Shown here piece by piece: positions 19,114-27,555 of a stretch of 64,000 nt of DNA. The stretch lies in IMG/VR virus record IMGVR_UViG_3300031951_000008. The stretch is one strand, 5' to 3'. The translations under genes were made by a program, and so were the position numbers. Numbering within the stretch: position 1 is the stretch's first letter; every line of letters starts with the position of its first letter. The stretch comes from a virus. Lineage: Duplodnaviria > Caudoviricetes. The notes beneath the pieces were generated by a model that did not search any database, had not been told where the DNA came from, and worked only from the letters and a program-made list of their open reading frames with translations.

Positions 19114-19794
19114 ATGCCATTTTTCATTTTCGAAGGTAGCGACGGTGCCGGTAAGTCTACGATTATAGAAAAAGTCCGTAAGCATTTAGAACGGCATTCA
19201 CCGCGAAATGCAGACAAGATACTCTGCACAAAATCTCCTGGTGCGACCCCATTGGGTCAGCATATACGTAAATTAGTGAAGCACACGAGTGAAATAAATC
19301 CTCTTATTCAAATAGACGATCTTTCAAGACAAGTCTTATTTATGGTGGACACAATCAATTTCACTCGTACGATGCTGATTCCCGCCCTCGATGCGGGCAA
19401 AATCGTGCTCTTAGATCGTAGCAGCTTTATCAGCTCCATGATATACGGCACAAATGAAGGGGTGGCTATCGAAGAGATCAGGTCCATGTTTAATTTGATA
19501 CAGACACCTAAAGCTGATAAATGCTTTATTATCACTTGTGACCCCGAAGTAGCACTTGGTAGAATGCTTAAACGTCGAGGGTCCGTTAGTGAGGCTGCAG
19601 ATCATTATGACGATAAGCCATTAGAATTCGCAAAAAGCATTGTCAATTCTTATAGAAGCATCCATGACTATCCTCCAGATATCGCATATAAAATAGTAGA
19701 TCAGCCAAACTTAGTATCGTTTGTTTCTACTAACAGGTCAGCCGATAGTATAGCTGACGCTATTACATCGACAATATTGCCTTTATTGCCTTAA
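19114..19794 (+). CDS. tmk: thymidylate kinase
   Basis: FEGSDGAGKST P-loop, TKSPGATPLG, LLDRS..SSMIYG. Confidence 0.9.
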   Translation: MPFFIFEGSDGAGKSTIIEKVRKHLERHSPRNADKILCTKSPGATPLGQHIRKLVKHTSEINPLIQIDDLSRQVLFMVDTINFTRTMLIPALDAGKIVLLDRSSFISSMIYGTNEGVAIEEIRSMFNLIQTPKADKCFIITCDPEVALGRMLKRRGSVSEAADHYDDKPLEFAKSIVNSYRSIHDYPPDIAYKIVDQPNLVSFVSTNRSADSIADAITSTILPLLP

Positions 19795-20110
19795 TAAATC
19801 TTAGTAATCTATTTTGCTTTTGTTCCGGTAAGGCCTTTTGTTCTATATTGGACATTCTGCAAGACGCTTTATATAATGCCTTACTGACAGTACTGGCTTC
19901 TACGACCTGTATAAGATGCTTAGTTCGTAGTGTCGTAGCAAGTTCGATAAATGTATAAGCCTTCATGTAGCCTTCAACGTATTGTAGAGAATCAGGGCCA
20001 GAATACGACTGGCCTTTAAGTTGAATCCCTTTGTAGTACCAATAACGAGGTGCCTTTTGAGCGACTTTCGGGCTTTCAGTATACCGCGTATCGATCTTGA
20101 AATTAGACAT
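19763..20110 (-). CDS. hypothetical protein (antisense, between tmk and dut)
   Basis: Only ORF filling the 19795-20056 gap; overlaps both neighbours; start uncertain. Confidence 0.35.
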   Translation of the reverse strand: MSNFKIDTRYTESPKVAQKAPRYWYYKGIQLKGQSYSGPDSLQYVEGYMKAYTFIELATTLRTKHLIQVVEASTVSKALYKASCRMSNIEQKALPEQKQNRLLRFIKAIKAILSM

Positions 20111-20515
20111 ATTCACCCTGATGCTATCACACCCACCAAAGCTAGGCCTACCGACGCTGGATATGATATATACGCCGTTGAAGATATCGAGCTGCCCCCC
20201 GCGACATCGACGTACGTCAAGACCGGTGTTCAGATATCGGCCCCGCCCGGCTATTATTTTACTATCGATGGAAGGTCGAGTATGTGGAGTAAAGGAGTAG
20301 TTCCAGACAGAGGGATCATCGATTCAACATACACTGGCGAGTTGCTTGTAGCATTATACAATCGTAACATTACAGCATATCACGTCAAGAAAGGCGATCG
20401 GATTGCTCAAATCTTATTACATAGGCAATTAGACGCTAATTTCAATGTCGTCGAACAATTCAGTAGTCTTTACAACAGTCGCGGCACAGATGGCTTCGGC
20501 AGCACCGGGAGGTAG
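20057..20515 (+). CDS. dut: trimeric dUTPase
   Basis: DAGYD, GRSS, GIIDSTYTGE, RIAQI, RGTDGFGSTG; TTG at 20057 preceded by GAGGTG SD. Confidence 0.93.
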   Translation: MSDFRAFSIPRIDLEIRHIHPDAITPTKARPTDAGYDIYAVEDIELPPATSTYVKTGVQISAPPGYYFTIDGRSSMWSKGVVPDRGIIDSTYTGELLVALYNRNITAYHVKKGDRIAQILLHRQLDANFNVVEQFSSLYNSRGTDGFGSTGR

Positions 20516-20517
20516 GC

Positions 20518-20817
20518 ATGTACCAGTTAGGGTGGGTAACAACTTATGGTAAAATAGTCATAAGTAAAGACGAAGGAATAATGTTGGAAGGTGTCTACTA
20601 CGGTGGCTCCAGTAATGATAAGACGGGTGCAGAAGAGCTAGCTAGGAATTGTGTGAACACTATTAAAGGTGCCACAATAATGCCTAGAATAGCCGAAGTT
20701 ACCGAGCCTAACCAACTAATTGGGCTTCTTCTTGATTGTGCCGATTGGATGGAAAAGACGGTTCAAAGCATGAAAGAAGCAGACGCTGTTATATCTAAAG
20801 CTAGCAAGAAACGTTAG
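20518..20817 (+). CDS. hypothetical protein
   Basis: 99 aa with GGAGGT SD. Confidence 0.7.
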   Translation: MYQLGWVTTYGKIVISKDEGIMLEGVYYGGSSNDKTGAEELARNCVNTIKGATIMPRIAEVTEPNQLIGLLLDCADWMEKTVQSMKEADAVISKASKKR

Positions 20818-20819
20818 CT

Positions 20820-21044
20820 ATGAGTCCAGATTTTGACTCCGATTTCGATTTAAAATTTAAACGTGATTATCCAGTGATCACGTTGGTGGTAAATCTTTTA
20901 AGTATCCCTATTTTATATCTAATCGTCTTATTGACAGCGATTTTCAATCTCGCCTGCTTGATTATCTTCAGCTTTGTAATGTTTAGTATAATATATATCT
21001 TATGTCTATTTATAGATTATATAATGATGTTAGTTGCTAATTAG
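20820..21044 (+). CDS. small membrane protein
   Basis: 74 aa, long hydrophobic stretch. Confidence 0.5.
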   Translation: MSPDFDSDFDLKFKRDYPVITLVVNLLSIPILYLIVLLTAIFNLACLIIFSFVMFSIIYILCLFIDYIMMLVAN

Positions 21045-21088
21045 CTTCTAGCAGGCCTTCCTTTGCCTTCTTTTAAATTCAAGCTACA

Positions 21089-21517
21089 TTAGGCCGTTGT
21101 ATTATCAGTCCTTGTTTCTTGTTCAAGAGAGGCCAAAGGAAGAGGCTCTTTGGATATCGTGATGGTGCCTGTTCCTGCAAGCCCACAACACTGGTGGCCC
21201 GGATTGCAGCAACATTTTATATCTGGCTCAATGTATCTAATAGTCGCTGTACCCTCGTGGTCAGTATATCCTGTTATTTTTCTATCATCGATTTCGATAT
21301 CGTATTTAAAGTTATGTGCTGCTCTGCCTCTATACCATACACTTATTACCGTCTCCCATCCCATGATCCCACCAGCCGGTACTGGTTGCTTCATACCTAG
21401 CATAGGCACTGTCCGCATGGCATTGTACACTTTTATGCGATAGTCGATATCGCCATACTCGGCAAGAATGTAACGGTGCTTCGCTAAAGCCACGGTTTTA
21501 GAAGGGGGAGTCGTCAT
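21089..21517 (-). CDS. hypothetical protein with Cys cluster
   Basis: 142 aa; CCCNPGHQCCG. Confidence 0.6.
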   Translation of the reverse strand: MTTPPSKTVALAKHRYILAEYGDIDYRIKVYNAMRTVPMLGMKQPVPAGGIMGWETVISVWYRGRAAHNFKYDIEIDDRKITGYTDHEGTATIRYIEPDIKCCCNPGHQCCGLAGTGTITISKEPLPLASLEQETRTDNTTA

Positions 21518-22304
21518 ATGCCTTACTTACGGCGGCAGGAACGCGACGCTTTCGTATGCGTTTGCGTCTTTTAAGTTGACCACCCTTTACTAGCTCAGGC
21601 TCGTCGTAATAATATGAATCATTATACATCTCCCGATTTGCCCGCTCCTGAGCATATGGAGTGGAGCCTTCCCACAATGGGTCTATTAAAACCAATTGTC
21701 CATTGGCTCTATACATCAAATTATTTTCATGTAGATCTAATACACCAGGAATATTATTTTGTTTTAGCAAGTATAGACCTTCTGCTACATTCCGAATATT
21801 AGGATCTTTTAGTCGACGCTCTACCAGAGCGAATGTTTCTGACATCGAATCTACGTCAGATATAGTCGACTTCCCACTAATGCTTTGAAAAATTAGGTCT
21901 ATGTATTTATCTAAGAAATTAACCGTTCGGCGGTGATCATCCCAATCTTTTGGCTCATACAATCTCTCGATTCGAGCGACATAGACCTTAGACCATCTTA
22001 GAGTTCTAGTCCATCTTGGGACTACCGATTTAGGTGGGCCGTAAATTTTAGGGAAGGACACATGAGGATGAGAATATGCGAATCTAATGAATTTTAGGTA
22101 AATGTCGTCTTGTGGGAATAATTTTATCACATATGGCCAATCAGGATGATATAATACTTGTCCATACCTTCCTTCGCCTAGAAGCTGTCCGCCGTCAGCT
22201 TCAAACTTGTCGACTAGCTTCCACCATGTAAGATGATCATTAGCCGGATCAGACAAAAGGTCTTTTGGAGCCCCAAAGCCCTCTATGATGTATGACAGTT
22301 TCAT
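21498..22304 (-). CDS. protein kinase-like (PKL fold) protein with putative head-targeting leader
   Basis: LLGEGRYGQV G-loop, YVIKLF, DLHENN catalytic loop, LIDP; N-terminus MKLSYIIEG; basic C-tail. Confidence 0.7.
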   Translation of the reverse strand: MKLSYIIEGFGAPKDLLSDPANDHLTWWKLVDKFEADGGQLLGEGRYGQVLYHPDWPYVIKLFPQDDIYLKFIRFAYSHPHVSFPKIYGPPKSVVPRWTRTLRWSKVYVARIERLYEPKDWDDHRRTVNFLDKYIDLIFQSISGKSTISDVDSMSETFALVERRLKDPNIRNVAEGLYLLKQNNIPGVLDLHENNLMYRANGQLVLIDPLWEGSTPYAQERANREMYNDSYYYDEPELVKGGQLKRRKRIRKRRVPAAVSKAYDDSPF

Positions 22305-24814
22305 TATGTCACTTCTAGCTGACCGTACGAAAATTCAGAGAACAATGATATCTGAGTTCTTACGTCCATTCTTCGTACAGTTGCGCCAGGCCAAAGTCTC
22401 GCACCGAACTTACCGAATGATCTATTTGGATCGTAGTCGATTGGGAAGTAAGGAGTTTGTACATTGACAGGTGTTGGAAGGCTCGCACTCAGAACAGAAC
22501 TAGGTGGGACGAGGAGCTGGTTCCACCAGATCCACAGTTGACTTTCTCTTACCATTATTTCTAAACGATTCCAATATTCGCTCTGAGACCCACCTATCTG
22601 AGCACCACCGTCGTAGACGACAAACCCTTCTGGTGTAGCAGAAGGCTGAGAGCCTATACCAGAGTAAGTGCCAGCTTGTGAGTAGATTCCGCTCACAGCA
22701 TATCCTGGAGCGAGACCACGGACAAAGTCGTCGACATCATCGAGTACGTCCTCTTCATAAGGCAGAGACATGTCCAAATGGCCGACTTTGAACTGGACAT
22801 CAACTACCTGCGAAGATTCGTTATATGAAAATTCTGCTCTTACGATAGTAGCTGAATATTCTTGGTGTAGTAATTCGACAATGTCTCCTACTTCACCAGG
22901 ATAGGGCAAGTTGTTACTTACTCCTCCGATTAGTACGATGGTGTCACAGCCACCGGGCAGATTTGGCGGGTTTGTGAAGTCAGTTATGTCCGAACCACCT
23001 AACCCTGTCCCTTGTGTCTCTTGTAAAGAGGTCGGGAACATTAGTTTACGCTTGTAATTATAGATAACATTTTGATTGCTATAAGGATACAAGCATCTTA
23101 AGGCACCAAATTGCGGAAGATCGTGGAAATGTGCACCGCAAACTCTCACGTAATGGCTGCCGTCTTTCAGAATACCTTTACCTATCACTCTCAGGTATTT
23201 AGTAGTAGTTTCATCAATAGGTGCCCTAATTAAGATATCGTACGGCGTAAAGTTAGAGCTAGACGGGCGACCGATATCTAGCCTCAGCTTAGCGTTGCAC
23301 AGATTCTTACGATTCCATAAGTATACCGGTCTCTCACTAAAGTCGGTCGGAGCCTCTGTAGAGGCTACTACCTTAAGGCCGGGCAGATCTGTATCGATAA
23401 TCGCTCTATGCTGGAGGCTTATATCTGCCTCTTCTGTACCGCCAGTTGAAGCCACGTCGTAGCTCAACAATGGATCATCATATCCGGTCAGCCCCCACAA
23501 TGTTTGACTAAATTCCCTGATAGCTGAGACCTGTTCTGCGCTGGTTTTGTCTTCGCTTCCAGCCCCCGGCGGCAGTTCTTCTCTCGCTATATCGACATCA
23601 CCAAACTGAGTCTGGCCTACCCACGTCCAAACGTGGTTTGGATTGAGTGTCGGCTTCTTAGAGAAATAATATCGCAGTATGGGTTGCCCTGATACTTCAG
23701 CGATCTTGAAGAACCATAGCTCCACTAGAGAGCCAATAGGCAGTAGGTCTATTGAAGCATCTAAGATCAGTGATTGAGGATTCGCCCCTGTAGATGGATT
23801 TTCTGGGTTAATATATTGCCATACGTTTTTAGCTGAGAATGGATCGCCAACAGCAGCATTCTTATCGACATTCCATTCCCGACAAGTATAGAGATTTGTA
23901 GAGAGGATAGAGCTAGTATAATCGACAATCACGGCCATCTTCTTAGATATTAAATGGCCTTTATACAACAGGCTGCCGAGCATGTTGGAGTTAGGCTCCA
24001 TGCTCAGGTCAAAGCGTGTTAAATTACCATCTGCGTCTTTGCCTGTAAACCAAACATTCTCTACTTTGCCGCCAGCACCTGGGGACATGGCCCAACCGAT
24101 TTCGGTTTGTAAGCTATTGAGTTGATTCCTTTTAAGTACGACTTCAAATTCGGCAGTGCCAGGAGCTATCGTGTCATCATACCTTTTAAATATAAGTGAC
24201 GGATACTTGCCCTTATTATTAAGAGTCGCACTTGGGTTGTTTGGGTCGGCTATAGTTGTCTCAGGGAACAGATGGATTTTAAGCTCCCCATAGGCATTAA
24301 CACCAGGAAGCTTACCACCGCACGATGGTGGTCGTATACTAGCAATATCTGTCTCGTCTTGAATCCAGTATATCTGAGTGCATTCTTCGCATGCACAATT
24401 TAGTGGGATTGGACTATCGACGGTAAACCTGACTACGTTACCAATCCGTTCTAAGCTGATAAACTCGGTTCCGGCAGCAAGGATTATGTCACCTTGCATC
24501 CAGCCACCGTCGTCTGGGAATCCTGCTCCTTGAAATCCTAACACTCCTAGCCTTGTTTGCAGTAAGGCATCAAGTTTGCATTTGTCATCAGGTGCCATTA
24601 GTCCAGGCGTTTCGCAAGTAGCAGATGGTATTGGGTCTTCTGCTATGTGAGAATGGCCGTGAAAACTGGGGAAGATAACCTGAGATTCCTTGAAGTACAA
24701 AGCTCTCTGTTGTTCATCATAGGAATAACCTGAGGTTATTCTATTAGGGCCTTCTACTTGAATAAACTGACCGTCCAAAAGGACTTGATGCTGCGGTATT
24801 TTGGTTATAGCCAT
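22304..24814 (-). CDS. putative virion structural (tail) protein
   Basis: 836 aa, acidic and beta-rich; ATCETPGLMAPDDKCKLD fibre-type motif; CACEEC. Confidence 0.55.
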   Translation of the reverse strand: MAITKIPQHQVLLDGQFIQVEGPNRITSGYSYDEQQRALYFKESQVIFPSFHGHSHIAEDPIPSATCETPGLMAPDDKCKLDALLQTRLGVLGFQGAGFPDDGGWMQGDIILAAGTEFISLERIGNVVRFTVDSPIPLNCACEECTQIYWIQDETDIASIRPPSCGGKLPGVNAYGELKIHLFPETTIADPNNPSATLNNKGKYPSLIFKRYDDTIAPGTAEFEVVLKRNQLNSLQTEIGWAMSPGAGGKVENVWFTGKDADGNLTRFDLSMEPNSNMLGSLLYKGHLISKKMAVIVDYTSSILSTNLYTCREWNVDKNAAVGDPFSAKNVWQYINPENPSTGANPQSLILDASIDLLPIGSLVELWFFKIAEVSGQPILRYYFSKKPTLNPNHVWTWVGQTQFGDVDIAREELPPGAGSEDKTSAEQVSAIREFSQTLWGLTGYDDPLLSYDVASTGGTEEADISLQHRAIIDTDLPGLKVVASTEAPTDFSERPVYLWNRKNLCNAKLRLDIGRPSSSNFTPYDILIRAPIDETTTKYLRVIGKGILKDGSHYVRVCGAHFHDLPQFGALRCLYPYSNQNVIYNYKRKLMFPTSLQETQGTGLGGSDITDFTNPPNLPGGCDTIVLIGGVSNNLPYPGEVGDIVELLHQEYSATIVRAEFSYNESSQVVDVQFKVGHLDMSLPYEEDVLDDVDDFVRGLAPGYAVSGIYSQAGTYSGIGSQPSATPEGFVVYDGGAQIGGSQSEYWNRLEIMVRESQLWIWWNQLLVPPSSVLSASLPTPVNVQTPYFPIDYDPNRSFGKFGARLWPGATVRRMDVRTQISLFSEFSYGQLEVT

Positions 24815-24840
24815 TTTTTCGCCCTGAAAGAAGATTTGTT

Positions 24841-24852
24841 ATTTAAGATTTG
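24841..24852 (-). promoter_or_regulatory. candidate promoter motif CAAATCTTAAAT
   Basis: Upstream of the 24814 start, second CAAATCTT at 24838-24831; same first 11 nt as 43004. Confidence 0.4.
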
Positions 24853-24874
24853 AATTCACGGATATATAGTTTAG

Positions 24875-26476
24875 CTACCATATAAAGAAATAGTTAGGTT
24901 CTTGAAAATAATTGGTAACTACTTTCGCTATATGTTTGGGTTCATATTTCTGCCTATAATTGTCTTTAAGAGCAGCAGGCACTAACACTATTATAGTTTT
25001 AGCACAATGCCTATATTCGAGTGCGTCTAGAATCTTAAGCTCTACATAGTCATATCTAAAATCGTGGTCATATATTACTGCGTCGACCTTTCCATTGAAT
25101 GCTTCATAATTAAGGCCAATAAAGCTGTCGAACCCTAGGTCTACGGCTTTGTTAAATCTTCTATCATCAAGATGAACATAAGTACAGCCAGCGAGAGATG
25201 CAGCAATGGCCCGTGCCCCAGTCCCAGTATGCAAGTCTAATATTTTGCCCTTTATGTTAAGTCTTTGAAATAAGTATCTGTATGTCGACGGATTAGGAGT
25301 TTTAAATGTGAACCTATGATGGTTTCGTCTTGTTATAGCTTTTACTAAGTGGTGATAATCGAATGGATTGCTTGAGCCTATCATGTCTCTAATGACTGAG
25401 AAGCATACATCTGGTTTCTTTAATACTCTGTCATATATTTCCGACATGTCGAAAAAATGCTGCATAATATACCGACCAGGAGCTTTTGCTATACTCGCCA
25501 TGAAGCAGCCTTCTTTTATATAATCCTTCTCCCTCGTCTTTTTCAATAGCTCTAAATCTTCTTGTATAACATTATCTGGAAATAGTGGCCAAATATATCC
25601 TCGCTTATTTAGCATATAATTATATTGATGTACCGCTAAATCACGTTCCAGCTTTGTCGCATTGTTCAAATCCTTTCTAGGAATCATTATATGTGCTGGA
25701 TAGGGGTTATGACCCGTAAGATCAGCGTATTGCTCTATTATAGGTGGTACATTGTTTATCTTCCAGTCATCCAAAGACATAGCTGAAAATCTATAAACAG
25801 CGACTTGGTTATCCTTAAAAGTAACAGCAACCTGGGCCTTGGTGATTTTTATACTTTTGACGTGTGGATGGTCTCTCAGCTTCTTCAGGGCTACCTTGTA
25901 GTTAAATGACAACTGCCGCTTAGTATTATGCTTTAGATATCTCACCCTTTTCGGGATATTAAACTTAACTAGCCAATCAGAGAATTTGGAATTGGATATG
26001 CCAGCTAATTTAGCACATTGCCTCTCCGTGAGACCTAGTTCTACATAGTGCTTATGACACCACGCCTTAGTACAATTCGGGTTTTTAGACTTATTGCCGA
26101 ATTTAGGCACTCCAAGCTTTCTCAATATTCTGTGTATCAAAACGTGAGAAATTCCAACTGCTCTTTGAACCGCCTTTACTCCATAACGCTGTGTATTTTC
26201 CGTCAGCCACTCTTTAGTTCTCCAATTAGCAGGGACTTCACCGATTTCTTGTTTAATGGAAATAGGCCTTTTCTTGGTCTTTGGCCTATTGCCCTCTATG
26301 CCAGCCAATTTTCGTAGCTTACGGACTGAAGCTGTCGACATACCGATAACCATTGCATGATCTGCTACTGACAAGTATGAGTGAGATTCAAACCATTTCC
26401 GCAGACTAGCTGGGTCTTTTTTGTTTACACGTTCGAACTGTTTACGCAGTCGCGAGTATTCTGAATCAATTATCAT
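24875..26476 (-). CDS. multi-HTH protein fused to a degenerate DNA methyltransferase-like domain
   Basis: HTH-like repeats (MSTASVRKLRKLAGI; LTERQCAKLAGISNSKFSDWLVKFNIP); motif I-like ILDLHTGTGARAIAA; no recognisable SPPY/DPPY. Confidence 0.5.
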   Translation of the reverse strand: MIIDSEYSRLRKQFERVNKKDPASLRKWFESHSYLSVADHAMVIGMSTASVRKLRKLAGIEGNRPKTKKRPISIKQEIGEVPANWRTKEWLTENTQRYGVKAVQRAVGISHVLIHRILRKLGVPKFGNKSKNPNCTKAWCHKHYVELGLTERQCAKLAGISNSKFSDWLVKFNIPKRVRYLKHNTKRQLSFNYKVALKKLRDHPHVKSIKITKAQVAVTFKDNQVAVYRFSAMSLDDWKINNVPPIIEQYADLTGHNPYPAHIMIPRKDLNNATKLERDLAVHQYNYMLNKRGYIWPLFPDNVIQEDLELLKKTREKDYIKEGCFMASIAKAPGRYIMQHFFDMSEIYDRVLKKPDVCFSVIRDMIGSSNPFDYHHLVKAITRRNHHRFTFKTPNPSTYRYLFQRLNIKGKILDLHTGTGARAIAASLAGCTYVHLDDRRFNKAVDLGFDSFIGLNYEAFNGKVDAVIYDHDFRYDYVELKILDALEYRHCAKTIIVLVPAALKDNYRQKYEPKHIAKVVTNYFQEPNYFFIW

Positions 26477-26484
26477 TGTAAGTA

Positions 26485-27555
26485 TTAACAGTGAATGAGG
26501 CTGACGGACTCAGTTATGTATCTTCCCAGCCTCGGCGAGTAGTATGTTATTACTGATTCTTCTAATTCTTCGTCTGTAGTGTTAATAGATATTGGTTCTT
26601 GCGGTGCTAGTTCTTCTTGTGGTGGCAATTGTTGTGCTGATTGTGATGGTTGTACTGGTGCTTGTGGCTCTAGTAATTTATCTTCATCGGGGGCTTTAGG
26701 ACGCATTAATTCTTGTTGGTTCTCTCGCCTTTCTTGCTCGAAGTCTCTTCTATTAGACGTTTTTTGCTGAGCTAGTGGCGGGGCGGCTTCTTTTCCTTTA
26801 TCAGCTTGGATTTCTGGGCCAATCTGATCTGGTGGTAGTTCTGGTGCCAGGCCAGGTACCTGTCGCCTTCTCAAGTCTTTAGCAGCTTTAACAAGAGGGA
26901 CATCTTCTCGACGTTCTACACCAGATGTAGAGTTATCATATTCAGCATCTTGCTTTTCTTTGTTAGCCATTTGCATTTCGGGAGAGTTAGGATCTGCGGC
27001 TGGAGCTTGCTGTAATTTTTGAACAGTATCATCTAACTCCTGCCTCATTTGCTGAAGATCCTGAGGATACTTGGGTTGTGCGTCCTGCGTTCTTTGATCC
27101 TTCGACTTGAACATGCTACTTATCTTATTCTTTACCCAATCCTTAGCGGTCTTCATTATACCATACTTAGGATACATTACATCCGTATCAACGCCACGTA
27201 TATAGGCAGCGTTGTAGGTTCTATAATAATTAGCGAATATATCCGGCAGTAATCTCTTACCCAAATGATAGCGTCGATATAAATTGCCAGCAGCCATAAT
27301 CTTAGGCAGTTCTTTGGCTAACTCTGTATATTGCTTTTGGGTGAGATAATTAAGGTTAATTCCGCCGACAAGATTATTTCTGGTGGTCGGATGGCGATAT
27401 GCCCCTAATAGTAGAATATCAGGATTTGGGTCATTGTTGAAGTTACTGTAATCGAACTTCCATCTCGGACCCTCTCCGTCCTCACAGAGGACTACCTCGG
27501 CTAGTATCTCTCTAGCTTCATTTAAAGAGATGGTAACAAGGTCTTCGTATTTCAT
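26485..27555 (-). CDS. internal virion protein with T4 gp2 (DNA end protector)-like domain
   Basis: DPNPDILLLG...GGINLNYL...YYRTYNAAYI resembles the gp2-family pattern; SLNE leader; low-complexity Q/P tail. Confidence 0.45.
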   Translation of the reverse strand: MKYEDLVTISLNEAREILAEVVLCEDGEGPRWKFDYSNFNNDPNPDILLLGAYRHPTTRNNLVGGINLNYLTQKQYTELAKELPKIMAAGNLYRRYHLGKRLLPDIFANYYRTYNAAYIRGVDTDVMYPKYGIMKTAKDWVKNKISSMFKSKDQRTQDAQPKYPQDLQQMRQELDDTVQKLQQAPAADPNSPEMQMANKEKQDAEYDNSTSGVERREDVPLVKAAKDLRRRQVPGLAPELPPDQIGPEIQADKGKEAAPPLAQQKTSNRRDFEQERRENQQELMRPKAPDEDKLLEPQAPVQPSQSAQQLPPQEELAPQEPISINTTDEELEESVITYYSPRLGRYITESVSLIHC

